DNA from: Macrostomum lignano
Lineage: Eukaryota
Length of the DNA: 64,000 bases
Reading direction: 5' to 3'
NCBI GenBank assembly: GCA_002269645.1
Contig: NIVC01003694.1
Span: 1-64,000, forward strand
Position numbers and translations under genes: made by a program
Notes under the pieces: model-generated
What the model was told of the DNA's origin: nothing
Database searches by the model: none
Seen by the model: the letters and a program-made list of their open reading frames with translations, nothing else
Shown here: positions 37,550-51,616 of the stretch, in pieces
Layout of the letters: each line of letters opens with the position of its first letter
Numbering within the stretch: the stretch's first letter is position 1

Positions 37550-38150
37550 CAATGGGAATCCCATTCATACCCGAGGGGAATTCCAGCCGTATTTTTCAGG
37601 AATCTAAGATGAAGCTTATGGAAATTCCAGCCGTATCTTTCAGGAATCCTAGCCGTATCCAAGGGAATCCAATTCGTATCTAAGGGGAATTCCAGCTGTA
37701 GCTTACAGGAATCCTAGCCGTATCCAAGGGAATCCAATTCGTATCTAAGGGGAATTCCAGCTGTAGCTTACAGGAACTCTAGCCGTATCCAAGGGGAATC
37801 CAATTCGTATCTAATGGGAATTCCAGCTGTAGCTTACAGGAATTCTAGCCGTATCCTAGGGGAATCCAATTCGTATCTAAGGGGAATTCCAGCTGTAGCT
37901 TACAGGAATTCTAGCCGTATCCAAGGGGAATCCAATTCGTAACTAATGGGAATTCCAGCTGTAGCTTACAGGAATTCTAGCCGTATCCAAGGGGAATCCA
38001 AATCGTAACTAATGGGAATTCCAGCTGTAGCTTACAGGAATTCTAGCCGTATCCAAGAGAATCCAATTCGTATCTAATGGGAATTCCAGCTGTAGCTTAC
38101 AGGAATTCTAGCCGTATCCAAGGGGAATCCAATTCGTATCTAAGGGGAAT
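37550..38150. repeat. GGGAATCC/GGAATTCC-family minisatellite (~65-bp unit) between COG3 and TBCA
   Basis: CGTATCCAAGGGGAATCCAATTCGTATCTAAGGGGAATTCCAGCTGTAGCTTACAGGAATTCTAGC repeated in tandem. Confidence 0.93.
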
Positions 38151-38589
38151 CGTACGATGTTATTCAAAACGTCAAATTAATTCACTTTACTTTTAATATT
38201 CATTCTTAATCAAAATTTTATCTCTATTAATAACAGGCTATCTTTTCTACTCACCCAGAAAACAAATATTAAATCGAGATAGCAGACAGAGAAATTAAGA
38301 CAAAGAGCAGCAAAATTTAAATGATTAAATAAGTTCAGGAAACGCCGTTTATTTTTTACTTAGTTAGTGCAATCATATAAGCACATGCGGTAAATATCGC
38401 TAGCATGTAACAGAGCTAATTAAACAAGCTAACAAATGGCACACAGGATAAAAAATCTTAAACTTGAACGTCAGTATTCATATGCTAATAACAACAACCT
38501 AATGCAATGAATATCTATTATGTAAAGTTATCAGTCACCAAAAACAGTTTTACTTTAGCAGTTTTAATTTACCTAAAATAGTACGCAAC

Positions 38590-41500
38590 TTACTCACGAC
38601 TGGGATTCAGAAGCAGGTTGATCTGAAGTTGAAAAAACAGACAATAAGAATTTTCGAAAGTAAATACTCTAGACTAAAGCTGAACTACAGCTATAGGTCT
38701 AAGGGAAGCTGGCCCAGCAACTGAGGATCTGGGAGGCTGGCCCAGCAACTGAGGATCTGGGAGGCTGGCCCAGCAACTGAGGATCTGGCAGGCTGGCCCA
38801 GCAACTGAGGATCTGGGAGGCTGGCCCAGCAACTGAGGATCTGGGAGGCTGGCCCAGCAACTGAGGATCTGGGAGGCTGGCCCAGCAACTGAGGATCTGG
38901 GAGGCTGGCCCAGCAACTGAGGATCTGGGAGGCTGGCCCAGCAACTGACACTCTGGGAGGCTGGCCCAGCAACTGAGGATCTCTGGGAGGCTGGCCCAGC
39001 AGCTGAGGATCTCTGGGAGGCTGGCCCAGCAACTGAGGATCTGGGAGGCTGGCCCAGCAACTGAGGATCTCTGGGAGGCTGGCCCAGCAACTGAGGATCT
39101 CTGGGAGGCTGGCCCAGCAACTGAGGATCTGGAAGGCTGGCCCAGCAACTGACACTCTTGGAGGCTGGCCCAGCAACTGAGGATCGGAGAGGCTGGCCCA
39201 GCAAGAGGATCTCAGATGAACTACATGTACACAAGCTTTAAACACCCTAGTTGGACATCTTATGAGGTGCTATTCAACATCATCAGCCCAGCTTACCTGT
39301 TCAACCGTAGGACAAGCAATTATCTGCAGTTCCTCTTCCGTATAGTGCTTCTCTAGTATTGACTCGATGCTTTTGAAGCACTGCAGAGTGTTGGCCTGTC
39401 CATGGGAGATAAATGCAACCAGCTGGCTATTATTGGCAAGGTAATATGGCAAACAAACGATAGAAAGAGAAATTCTAAGTGTGCTATCAGGTGCTCACCT
39501 AATAGCGCAATACTCAGAAAAAATACTGTATTGGATAAATTACACTTCACAGAAACCTTGAACTAAAGAAGTCTATTAATAAACATTGGCTTTAAACTAC
39601 GACGTATCATTAACATACATAAAGTTACATATTCAATATTCTCTAAGAAACAATGCCTTGGTAATTGAAAGACAAAAAGGACAGAAAAATGATTAATCAG
39701 CCTTGGATTAATTGGACAAAACAATCTTAAAATTGGACAAACCTATATTAAAATGGGACAAACAAATTTGAAAATTGGACTAACCAATCTTAACATTGGA
39801 CAAACCTATCCTAAAATTGGACAAACCAATCTTAAAATTGGACAAACCAATCTTAAAATTTGACAAACTAATCTGAAAATTGGACAAACCAATCTTAAAA
39901 TTGGACAAACCAATCCTAAAATTGGACAAACCAATCTGAAAATTGGACAAACCAATCTTAAAATTTGACAAACTAATCTAAAAATTGGACAAACCAATCT
40001 TAAAATTTGACAAACCTATCCTAAAATTGGACAAACCAATCTGAAAATTGGACAAACCAATCTGAAAACTGGACAAATCTATGCTAAAATTGGACAAACT
40101 AATCTAAAAATCGTACAAACCAGAGGAAGCCAATTCATAAGTGGATTGCTCACCTTAATCGGCCTGAACAGTATATGCTCAGTGTCCTGATTAGCCAGAT
40201 ACAATCGCAGACTATTCAATAAGGCAGGCACCTGAGTCTTCAATCTTTTATAAGCCTCAGCCAATAAATCGTGCAATTTCTCCGGCGCAGACCAAGGCTG
40301 ATTGCGCAACAAAGCAACGTTTCCGGCGGACTGTTTGGCACTATTGGAGTTGAGCTCCTCCAAGTTGGAATACATTTTGCAGAACTCCGCAACGCCTTGC
40401 GTTAGGCGCTCGCTAGCAGAGTTAATGAATCTTTGACAGGTTGCTCGGAGCTGGGAGTCCACCTAGCGAGTAGATTGGGACTCACCTGAACTAGTATGCT
40501 GTCTTGTCACTGTACAGTCATTCAATACTTTTCCTGACTGTCACTCTACCGGAATTGTCACTCTCAGATCTACATAGTCACTCAAAGACCTACAGTTTAT
40601 AGTCACTCTCTCAGACGGATATAGTCACATTCTCATACCTATATAGTCAATCTCAGACCTATAGTCACTAAGACTTTCACACTGCATATACTCTTTCTTT
40701 AAGTCACTTCACTAAGATTTTCAATATCAGACCTATATAGTCACTCTCAGAACTATATAGTCACTCTCAGATCTATATAGTCACTCCCAGACCAATATAG
40801 TCACTCCCAGACCTATATAGTCACTCCCAGACCTATATAGTCACTCCCAGACCTATATAGTCACTCTCAGACCTATATAGTCACTCCCAGACCAATATAG
40901 TCACACTCAGACCTATATAATCACCATCAGACCTATATAGTCACTCCCAGACCAATATAGTCACTCTCAGACCTATATAGTCACTCTCAGACCTATATAG
41001 TCAATCTCAGACCTATATAGTCACTCTCAGACCTATATAGTCACTCCTAGACCAATATAGTCACTCTCAGACCAATAAAGTCACTTCCAGACCAATATAG
41101 TCACTCTCAGAACTATATAGTCACTTCCTGACCAATATAGCCACTCTCAGACCTATATAGTCACTCCCAGACCAATATAGTCACTCCTAGATCAATATAG
41201 TCACTCTCAGACCAATAAAGTCACTCCCAGACCAATATAGTCACTCTCAGAACTATATAGTCACTTCCAGACCAATATAGCCACTCTCAGACCTATATAG
41301 TCACTCCCAGACCAATATAGTCACTCCCAGACCAATATAGTCACTCCCAGACCAATAGAGTCACTCTCAGACCTATATAGTCACTCCCAGACCTATATAG
41401 TCACTCCCAGACCTATATAGTCACTCCCAGACCTATATAGTCACTCCCAGACCTATATAGTCACTCCCAGACCTATATAGTCACTCTCAGACCTATATAG

Positions 41501-44500
41501 TCACTTCCAGACTAATAGAGTCACTCTTAGACCTATATAGTCACTCTCAGACCAATATAGTCACACTCAGACCTATATAATCACCATCAGACCTATATAG
41601 TCACTCCCAGACCAATATAGTCACTCTCAGACCTATATAGTCACTCTCAGACCTATATAGTCAATCTCAGACCTATATAGTCACTCTCTGACCTATATAG
41701 TCACTCCTAGACCAATATAGTCACTCTCAGACCAATAAAGTCACTTCCAGACCAATATAGTCACTCTCAGAACTATATAGTCACTTCCTGACCAATATAG
41801 CCACTCTCAGACCTATATAGTCACTCCCAGACCAATATAGTCCCTCCTAGATCAATATAGTCACTCTCAGACCAATAAAGTCACTCCCAGACCAATATAG
41901 TCACTCCCAGACCAATATAGTCACTCCCAGACCAATAGAGTCACTCTCAGACCTATATAGTCACTCCCAGACCTATATAGTCACTCCCAGACCTATATAG
42001 TCACTCCCAGACCTATATAGTCACTCCCAGACCTATATAGTCACTCCCAGACCTATATAGTCACTCTCAGACCTATATAGTCACTTCCAGACTAATAGAG
42101 TCACTCTTAGACCTATATAGTCACTCCCAGACCAATATAGTCACACTCAGACCTATATAATCACCATCAGACCTATATAGTCACTCCCAGACCAATATAG
42201 TCACTCTCAGACCTATATAGTCACTCTCAGACCTATATAGTCAATCTCAGACCTATATAGTCACTCTCTGACCTATATAGTCACTCCTAGACCAATATAG
42301 TCACTCTCAGACCAATAAAGTCACTCCCAGACCAATATAGTCACTCTCAGAACTAGATAGTCACTTCCAGACCAATATAGCCACTCTCAGACCTATATAG
42401 TCACTCCCAGACCAATATAGTCACTCTCAGACCAATAAAGTCACTCCCAGACCAATATAGTCACTCTCAGAACTATATAGTCACTTCCAGACCAATATAG
42501 CCACTCTCAGACCTATATAGTCACTCCCAGACCAATATAGTCACTCCCAGACCAATATAGTCACTCCCAGACCAATAGAGTCACTCTCAGACCTATATAG
42601 TCACTCCCAGACCTATATAGTCACTCCCAGACCTATATAGTCACTCCCAGACCTATATAGTCACTCCCAGACCTATATAGTCACTCCCAGACCTATATAG
42701 TCACTCTCAGACCTATATAGTCACTTCCAGACTAATAGAGTCACTCTCAGACCTATATAGGCACTCTCAGACCTATATAGTCACTCTTAGACCTATATAG
42801 TCACTCTCAGACCTACATAGTCACTCTCAAAGACAGTCACTCGCAAAAGCCAGACAAAAGTATATTGCAAGCAACAAGACACAAACCTGCTGTCTGCAAT
42901 CCAGCGTATTCTCAACCACATCCGGGTGACTCTCGAGCAGAAACTGCAGAAAAGCATTGTTCCGATTCAATGCCCACAATCTGCCCCTAGCAGAGATCAG
43001 ATTGACAGCCGCTGAACGCATCTTACTAAAGTCTAAACTGGCCTCTTTAATGATGCCGCCGGCGTCCAATTGAAACGGAGCAACTTGTTCGCGCAGAATC
43101 AGTAGATGCTTCATCAAAAATAAGTCGCAATCGACAGAAGTTTTACGACCAGCAATTGACTTTGAAGCGGATAGCAGGGACTGGACGCAGAGGTCCAACA
43201 CTTCCTGGGCAAGGCCTTGAAATGTGCCTCTGTCTAGGCACCTGCTCAGCTTAGATAGCAGCGTCAGAGTGCGGCGCACTGTGGGATACCACATGCCGTG
43301 CAGGTCAGCTGGGGACAGCGGCATGTTGGTCGACACCGATGAAGGTGGGTGGGGAGCCGCCAGGCCAGCGTCCGCCAGGGCACCTCCGGCTGACACCTGC
43401 GAGTGAGACGGAGTACCCAGCTTTTGTGACAGGCTGCCCAGCAACTGAGGATCTGGGAGGCTGGCCCAGCAACTGACACTCTGGGAGGCTGGCCCAGCAG
43501 CTGAGACTCTGGGAGGCTGGCCCAGCAACTGAGGATCTCTGGGAGGCTGGCCCAGCAACTGAGGATCTGGGAGGCTGGCCCAGCAACTGACACTCTGGGA
43601 GGCTGGCCCAGCAGCTGACACTGGGAGGCTGGCCCAGCAACTGAGGATCTGGGAGGCTGGCCCAGCAACTGAGGATCTGGGAGACTGGCCCAGCAACTGA
43701 CACTCTGGGAGGCTGGCCCAGCAGCTGACACTCTGGGAGGCTGGCCCAGCAACTGAGGATCTCTGGGAGGCTGGCCCAGCAACTGACACTCTTGGAGGCT
43801 GGCCCAGCAACTGAGGATCTGGGAGGCTGGCCCAGCGACTGAGGATCTGGAAGGCTGGCCCAGCAACTGAGGATCTGGGAGGCTGGCCCAGCAACTGTGG
43901 ATCTGGAAGGCTGGCCCAGCGACTGAGGATCTGGGAGGCTGGCCCAGCGACTGACACTCTGGGAGGCTGGCCCAGCAACTGAGGATCTGGAAGGCTGGCC
44001 TAGCGACTGAGGATCTGGGAGGCTGGCCCAGCAACTGTGGATCTGGAAGGCTGGCCCAGCAACTGAGGATCTGGGAGGCTGGCCCAGCAACTGTGGATCT
44101 GGGAGGCTGGCCCAGCGACTGACACTCTGGGAGGCTGGCCCAGCAACTGAGGATCTGGAAGGCTGGCCTAGCGACTGAGGATCTGGGAGGCTGGCCCAGC
44201 AACTGTGGATCTGGAAGGCTGGCCCAGCAACTGAGGATCTGGGAGGCTGGCCCAGCAACTGTGGATCTGGGAGGCTGGCCCAGCAACTGAGGATCTGGGA
44301 GGCTGGCCTAGCAACTGAGGATCCGGGAGGCTGGCTTAGCAACTGAGGATCTGGGAGGCTGGCTCAACAGCTGAGGAACTGGGAGGGCGGCAGCTGAGGC
44401 AAACGGAAGTGGTCCAACAAAAAACCTGCCCAAACGAGGAAATTCTATTCTCGCAGGGAGTGTCCGAACACGAAGGAAAGCTGCTTGACGTCAAAGCCAT

Positions 44501-47500
44501 ATAATTATCACCCAATTAGTCGAAAAATAACAATTTTTTGGAAAAGATGGGAGCCGGAAAAACAGATGCTGCACAATTAAAAACAAAGGGAGCTTAATAT
44601 AATAGAAGAGGCGAGCAGGAACATCTAATTAGTGCCTATTAGTGTCTAAGAATTTTTCTGCTGAAAATGTTTCTTAAAAGGACGCGAACTGCACACAATC
44701 ATAGGATACACATGGCTAATTACTTATTGTAAAATTATTGCAAGCAGTAGAGAATATTGTTTTAACAGTAACCTCATCAAAATCAAAATATCCACTTTAG
44801 AGTGAACTATTCAATCTCTATAAGTTCATATGAAAGTACATTCAATCGGTTCAAAAGCTATAAAAAAGTACATTCAATCGGTTCAAAAGCTACACTCAAT
44901 CGGTTCAAAAGCTACACAAAAGTACATCCAATTGGTTCAAAAGCTACACAAAAGTACATTCAATCGGTTCAAAAGCTACACAAAAGTACATTTAATCGGT
45001 TCAAAAGCTACACAAAAGTACATTCAGTCAATCACAACCCTACGCAAAAGTGCATAGAATCTATTAAATTCATAACTTAAAAGTAGATGAACCCTATCAT
45101 ACTTGAAACCCATGCAAAATTAATTGCAGACGGTCAGTATCTTACTCAAAAGTACGTAATCGATTAAACGTACTACAGACAGCTATCAACCCTCCCTAAG
45201 AAATCATAATATTTGTCACAAACCTACTCTTAATATACTACTTGAAGATCATTGGTACATAAAAGCTCACCACTCCAATCTTGTATCATCCCTAAAAAAA
45301 TACTCACCTGTCCAGTATTAAGACTATCAGCGATATTTCTCATCATCTCAAGCTTCTCCGGATAAGCCAAGTCCCCCGGAGCCGGCCGGAAGCCCAGAAT
45401 CTCGGAATTAGCATAGACGTGAGTCCGATAGACCAGGCGCTCTTGAACGTCCGCTAAGATGGATCGACAGGCCCAGACAAAAGCAGCACCGGCCTCGGGT
45501 TCCGGCGCTGGCGGTATAGTGTCCGCAGCATCCAGTGAGGCGGTCGATTCTTGGTCTGAAAACAGTCCAAATTAATAATACAGATTAGTGAGATTCAATG
45601 CTGCTTATACACGAATGCAGGAATTCCCTAGATGTGATTCTCTATAAGAACAGGGCACTAACAACCTTTAATTCCGACATAGAAACTCTAAATGGTTAAG
45701 GATTTCCATGCTCAAATTCGCCATAAAGAAGGGATTCACCATAGAATACCAAAAATGGAGATATTCCAAAGAAACAGGATTCTCCATTGAAACCAGTGTT
45801 TCAAATAGACACTGGCATCCCAAATAAAAACGGGGATTTTTCATAGACACAGGCTTCCTGAAAGAAACAGGGATTTTTCATAGACACTGGGCATCATTAT
45901 AGAAACTGAGATTTCCCATAGAAACTAGGATTCCTCATAAAAAATGGGGATTCCCTATAGACACTAGGATTCTTAAAAGAAACTGGGATTTCCCATAAAA
46001 AAGGGATTCTCTATAGAAAAAGGGATTCCCGTTAGAAACAGGGATTCACCATAGAAACAGGATTTCTCCATAGAAATAGGGATTCTCCATAGGAACAGGG
46101 ATTCTCTATAGAAACAGGGATTCTCCATAGGAACAGGGATTCCCCAAAGAGACTGGGATTTCCCATAGAGACTGGGATTCACCATAGAAACAGGGATTCC
46201 GCATAGCATCAATCAGTTCGCCAAGCATAACGCAAGCTTCAATAACCTTGTCCGCCGTCCCGCTGCACTTGCTGCTGCTGTTGGGCGGCCAAGTCGATAG
46301 CCTCGCGCTGTAAAATATGGCACAATTCGCTCAACGTCTCCAAATGCTGCAAATGCACAACCGTTGGTCGGAAAGCGTCATAAAATGTTGAGCAAAGCCG
46401 GCGAAGCATAGCAGTCAGCAGCGGATGCAGAGAGCGAAAGAATTGGCGAAACAGGCTCTCTTCGTCATCGCAAAGATGCAATAGAAACGAACAGCCAGTC
46501 CGAGCCAGGCTGCAATGATCTGTGGAACAGCGAGCGGTCATCTCGGTTACAGCGGCTTGTACACTCGGCCGGAGCAGGCGTTCCCGATGTTGCACGTAGG
46601 CGGCGGCGCATTCGTGCAAAGCGGATTGATAGTCCTGACTGCGAGACCGGCGGTCTTCTAATAGTTCCATTAGCGGTCGGACCTGTGATAAAAAATATGG
46701 CATTTAGAAATTTGCAATTTATGCTACTGAATAGTAACTTGTCAGTAGACTAGTAACGAATTTTCCTGTCCTTTCATATTTAAGGGTTATAATATATAGT
46801 GGAAGTAAATTAATTACTTTATGAAAATATTATAAAACGGAAATCAAGGAATTTGAGAGGATTAAAAATGGGATTAAATTCAATGGATTTATAGGAATTC
46901 GAAGGGATTAGAAAATGGGATTAACTTCAATGGATTTATAGGAATTCGAACGGATTAGAAAATGGGATTAAATTCAATGGATTTATAGGAATTTGAACGG
47001 ATTAGAAAATGGGATTAAATTCAATGGATTTATAGGAATTCGAACGGATTAGAAAATGGGATTAAATTCAATGGATTTATAGGAATTCGAACGGATTAGA
47101 AAATGGGATTAAATTCAATGGATTTATAGAAATTTGAACGGATTAGAAAATGGGATTAAATTCAATGGGTTTATAGGAATTTGAGCGGATTTAAAATGGG
47201 ATTGAATTCAATGGGATCTTGAGGAATTTGAGCAGATTAAAATCGACATAGGTATAAACTATTATATAGACAAATATTCACCTTGGCGCTGTGACTTCTA
47301 AACCGCCCATAGAACAGAGTGAACGCATTCTCGGGCGAGAGTTGATCAATTTGCGACTCCAAGCTGAACACTGCATTCTCCAGTACTGAGAACACCGAAT
47401 CGTGAATGAGAGTCAGGCATCGGGCCAAAACCTGTTTAAACTTCACGTGATAAGCGTGCGCCTCTTTGAATTCTGGATGGCGATTGACGAATTCTAAGCA

Positions 47501-50500
47501 GTCATCGATTTGGCTCAGCACGGGTTGTAGTGATTCGGCGGTCACTTGCAGATAGGGTGAGTTCAGTTTCTGCAAACAGTTATTGGGATAATGTATCCGG
47601 AACTAGGAAGTAACTGAGGCTCACTGTTTCTAATAGTATATATAATAACTATTACAAAATTCAGGTCGTAATTATTACGAACTTGATCCCAAATATTGAT
47701 AATCAGATCCCGACTACTAAGAACCAGATCTCAATTATTCATAGTTTAGATCCCAATTATTAATATTCAGATTTCCAATTATTAATATTCAGACCCCAAT
47801 TATTAATATTCAGATTCCCGATTATTAATATTCAGACTCCAATAATTAATATTCAGATTCCCAATAATTAATATTCAGACCCCAATTACTAATATTCAGA
47901 TCCCAATTACTAAGAGTCAAATCGCAATTACAAAAATTCAGATAACAAAACTTCAAAGATTCCACATTATCCGGCTTTTAAATATTTAGTAAATAATACT
48001 ATAGACTCACTGCAGAGATCCTGTCGTAATGATTGAAATAGTCCAGACAGGTGTCAATCTGCTGTGCCCTTTGCAAAAGCCGATCCTGCTCAGCTAGCAG
48101 GTGCTCACAATCGTGATGCAAAGCATTAGTTTTTCCCGCCACTTCGCTGTACTGAGCTCGAAGTCTGTCCAAACTGTTCAGGGTGTCTGACACGCCTTGG
48201 AGAAGTTCCTGCCATTTTAAGCGCTCCTTTTGAAGGCCGGCTTGAACGCTCCTGCAGTGATTTAGAGCTCAAGCTTTTTTGTATCATAGCATGCATTGAC
48301 ACATTAACTTTTACCCCATCCTAAATTTGATGGAATCCCTTTTATTATACAATTATTTATACTTAAAAAAGAAATTAATGACAAAATTGAACCCGTAATG
48401 AATGACTGATAAAATATATCCCTAATATTTACAATAAATTACTTTGACATTTGACTTTTGGGAGAAAGTGCTGGGATGTCAAGACTAAGAAGAGGTCAGA
48501 AGCTACATGTAGTTTATTCCAAAAATTTTATTACATTCCTTGTTGCCTCCCCAACAGGGGATGCTGACTGCTAGAATTACCTTTACCTTACTTCATTGAT
48601 TTAATTTTTATAGGAAAAGTAAGCCACAATCAATAAATAAATGAGCAAATTCATAAAATTTAATGCATACCTAACCAGCATGTCACTTGGATCATCAGAC
48701 TCATCCTCATACTCCTTATACCACTCGAGAAACTGAAATTGATTTGTCAAACCAATTATTATAAGTTCAAGTTTGCTAATAATATAGTTTTGTTATTGCT
48801 GAATTTACTTACCTCAGTTATGTTTGTTAACTCTGTGATATTATCTGATGAATTCTAAAATGATAGATAAAAATCTTTATTTGTGTTTTATCATCATTGT
48901 CAATGTTAAATATGTTAAAAAAACAACAGAGTCCAAGGATGTTCACTTTATTGAACCCAGCATAAAAACATTAGTAACATTATATAAAACTACATAGTAT
49001 ACTTAATACTGCATATAACTTTAGCTTAATACTTAGTATAAACCTTCCATATACTAAAAATGGTCAGTAGGTAGGTATGTGGGTATGTGATCATTTGTAT
49101 CTACAATTTGATAGTCTACAACAGAGGTCAGCAACCCTTTTCCACTTGAGGTTTTTAGTCCAAGACCATGGGCCACAGTGGGACATTTAGGTGGAAGGGA
49201 TTTTAGAATTAAAAAAACAACTGTATTATAATTTGATGCATTCTTAGAAAGTCCAATTCCACTATACTGTCAGCCCTATAAATGTACATTTGTACCCCTG
49301 CTGTTGGCCAGCTCCACCACCCCTTTTTTTGCTGCTAGGCCACACTCAGGAAGGTGTCACATGTGCGCGGGAATATATTTCAGCATATTTTTGGAGTGTG
49401 CACTGTGCGCGAAGCTAAAATATGAATTTGTGCGCCGAGGTCTACATTTGTTTATTGACAAATACATAGCTAGAGTACTAATACGCCGTAGCACTAAAAA
49501 ATCAGTAAAAGTCCAATTAAAACAAAACTAAAAACACGGTTAAATTTTTGTACCTTATATAGGCTTTTTTCAACTCAAAACTTTTGCTTTTTTTTAGCTC
49601 ACATAGAAAATTATCAAAAGAAATAGTTTTATCTTTACAGTAAAATCCCATTTTGAATTTTATTATTCATTTTACTTACCAAGAAACAATTTTTTTTATT
49701 GATATGCTTGGAAAAAATGTAATCTTAAAGCATATTTTACGCACTGCATATGCAGATTATACATTTAGGTGACTCATTGTGAGCTAAATTTTTCTGATCA
49801 GGTTTTGCTGTGCACCAATGTGCACTAAAAACTGCTAAGCCTTTGTTGTGCACTGTATGCACCATTTCGCGCACATTTGTCGTTGATGTGCACCGGAATT
49901 TTCCACCATAATGTATGGCTACCAGCTGCCACAGAACAGGGGGGGGCAGGGGGGGGGCAGCTGCCTCCCTGACATTGAGTTGGGGGGGGGGGCATTGCCC
50001 CCCTCAAATACCATCCAACAGCATAATTTTGCTCAAATTTTTGGTCACTGTCCAAGACAGGGTCTGGGCTTGAGTTTCGGAAACTTGGTCCTGTCCCCCC
50101 TTGGCAAAAACTCGTTCCGCGGCGCCTGGTGGCTGCTAGGTTCCCCAATTTCTATTCTATTTGAAGAACTGATATGCTGTTTGTCTAGACTTGTAAACAG
50201 CCACTGTTTACAATTGAGGGAAGGAATTCCCATTTTCAATGGACAAAATTTTTGTTTAAATTAGCTAAAATTGTATCAAAATTTCTACAAAAAATATATA
50301 ACTTTGACTAACTAATACTACTCATAAATTTTTGCCTTTGACTTGAAATTTGAACAAAGGAACAATAAAGATCTCTTCTATTGAATGAAATAATAAACCT
50401 AAAATAGAAAGTTCTGAATTTTTTAAGTTCAATTGTTGAAACATTGGGATACAAATATATTATGACTAGGATATGAGAAAAACAAAACAAAAATAAGCCA

Positions 50501-51260
50501 TAGATTTTTTATTACAAATCTATTAACTTTTTATAAACTTAAAAACAAAAGAAAAACTTTTAAAATATCACCTACTATTTTTCTATAGTTACAAATGACC
50601 AAGAGAAAGATCATGATTAATTAAGCATATAGTTTATTTATAAAGCAATAAAACAGTGTCCTTTTTAAAAATAAACTTTGCTTTGACAACTTATTTTTCT
50701 ATGTCATTTTCTGGTATAGCCCATATAGGCTGTTTATCTTTAAATATCAGTAATAGTTTTTAATTATGACTTTCCTAAACTGAAACTACCCAAAGCATAA
50801 TAAATAGAACTTTTTAATTGAAAACATGGACACAACCTTAGGATTCACTTGGCCATTTCTATTGGCAACACATAGGCCTACATGTAAGTCGCTATTGGAT
50901 GGAATAGTAGTCATGTGACTACTCTCAGCCAATAGTGACTTACATGTATGTGTTTAATAAAATATTACAACTAAATTAAAATCCTTACAATCCTAAAAAA
51001 TGAATCCTATTGAACCTCTACTTAATAATATAATTATCTGTTTGCTTTCTATATAGGGCCAAACATATACTGTATAACAAAATTTATATTAAATTATCAT
51101 CTGCCATAGCCCATACCTCTTGATATTTTGCTTTGCTTTCACTTGATGAAGGTACAAAAACATCTTTCTCTGAATCTTCAATGCTACTAGTAAGATAAAA
51201 AACTGAGTCTACAGCAGCATCAGACAACTCAATTGAATCCCAATCAAAGGAAGCCTGCAT
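38590..51260 (-). CDS. COG3: Conserved oligomeric Golgi complex subunit 3 (Sec34), 11 coding exons
   Basis: Exons in minus order: 51260-51117, 48854-48813, 48732-48671, 48251-48011, 47569-47282, 46682-46247, 45555-45308, 43396-42887, 40462-40154, 39395-39297, 38622-38590; all GT-AG and phase-compatible. Peptides KLNSPYLQV, NAFTLFYGRFR, HLETLSELCHIL, DVQERLVYRTHVY..PAPGDLAYPEKL, SPADLHGMWYPTVRRTL, LFLMKHLLILREQ, LYLANQDTEHILFRPIK, IIACPTVEQ. The first two and the last exon are less certain. Confidence 0.92.
38705..39205 (-). repeat. 28-bp GCTGGGCCAGCCTCCCAG minisatellite, last COG3 intron
   Basis: Plus strand reads CTGGGAGGCTGGCCCAGCAACTGAGGAT, the reverse complement of the 3.2-kb and 11.5-kb unit. 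Confidence 0.96.
39710..40110. repeat. 21-bp minisatellite AAATTGGACAAACCAATCTTA, COG3 intron
   Basis: Tandem units read directly. Confidence 0.95.
40560..42830. repeat. 20-bp minisatellite CAGACCTATATAGTCACTC(C/T) with 660/580-bp higher-order blocks, COG3 intron
   Basis: The marker variant ACCTATATAATCACCATCAG recurs at 40911, 41571 and 42151. Confidence 0.97.
43437..44395 (-). repeat. 28-bp GCTGGGCCAGCCTCCCAG minisatellite, COG3 intron
   Basis: Reverse-complement units read directly. Confidence 0.96.
44830..45025. repeat. 32-bp minisatellite AAAAGCTACACAAAAGTACATTCAATCGGTTC
   Basis: About 6 units. Confidence 0.9.
45770..46200. repeat. Degenerate ~22-bp minisatellite AGAAACAGGGATTCTCCAT-like, COG3 intron
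   Basis: Recurring GGGATT...CATAGA units. Confidence 0.85.
46850..47240. repeat. 47-bp minisatellite AAAATGGGATTAAATTCAATGGATTTATAGGAATTCGAACGGATTAG, COG3 intron
   Basis: About 8 units. Confidence 0.95.
47690..47930. repeat. ~22-bp minisatellite CAGATTCCCAATTATTAATATT, COG3 intron
   Basis: Tandem units read directly. Confidence 0.9.
49923..50128. mobile_element. Small hAT-like MITE in COG3 intron 1
   Basis: Imperfect TIRs CAGCTGCCACAGAAC / GTTCCGCGGCGCCTG (11/15), G-run subtermini, degenerate 8-bp TSD ATGGCTAC/GTGGCTGC (6/8). Confidence 0.5.
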
Positions 51261-51616
51261 TTTGAATACCTGAAGCTGAAACTCTCTTTCGAAAATAACT
51301 ACGAAGGCTTAACTTTAAATATCTATCTAGTAACAGGAACAGTTAATACAAGCTGGAAATATTTCCGAAATCTTTACTAAAGTAAAGACTAGGCCTAACC
51401 AAAGGCAAAGCTAACAGAAACAATATTTAGAATTCATTTACGGTGTCTTGGGCTTTGCAATTCAATCCAAGTCAACTTTTTTCAATGGCTACTAGAAGAA
51501 AAAAGGAATAATTACAGCAAGGTCTACTGCCAACGGTGACGGCGTCTGGTTATTAAGAATGTGCTGAGTACTACTTGCTTGCGATATATGCGAATTAATT
51601 ATTGCAGTGTGTTGTA

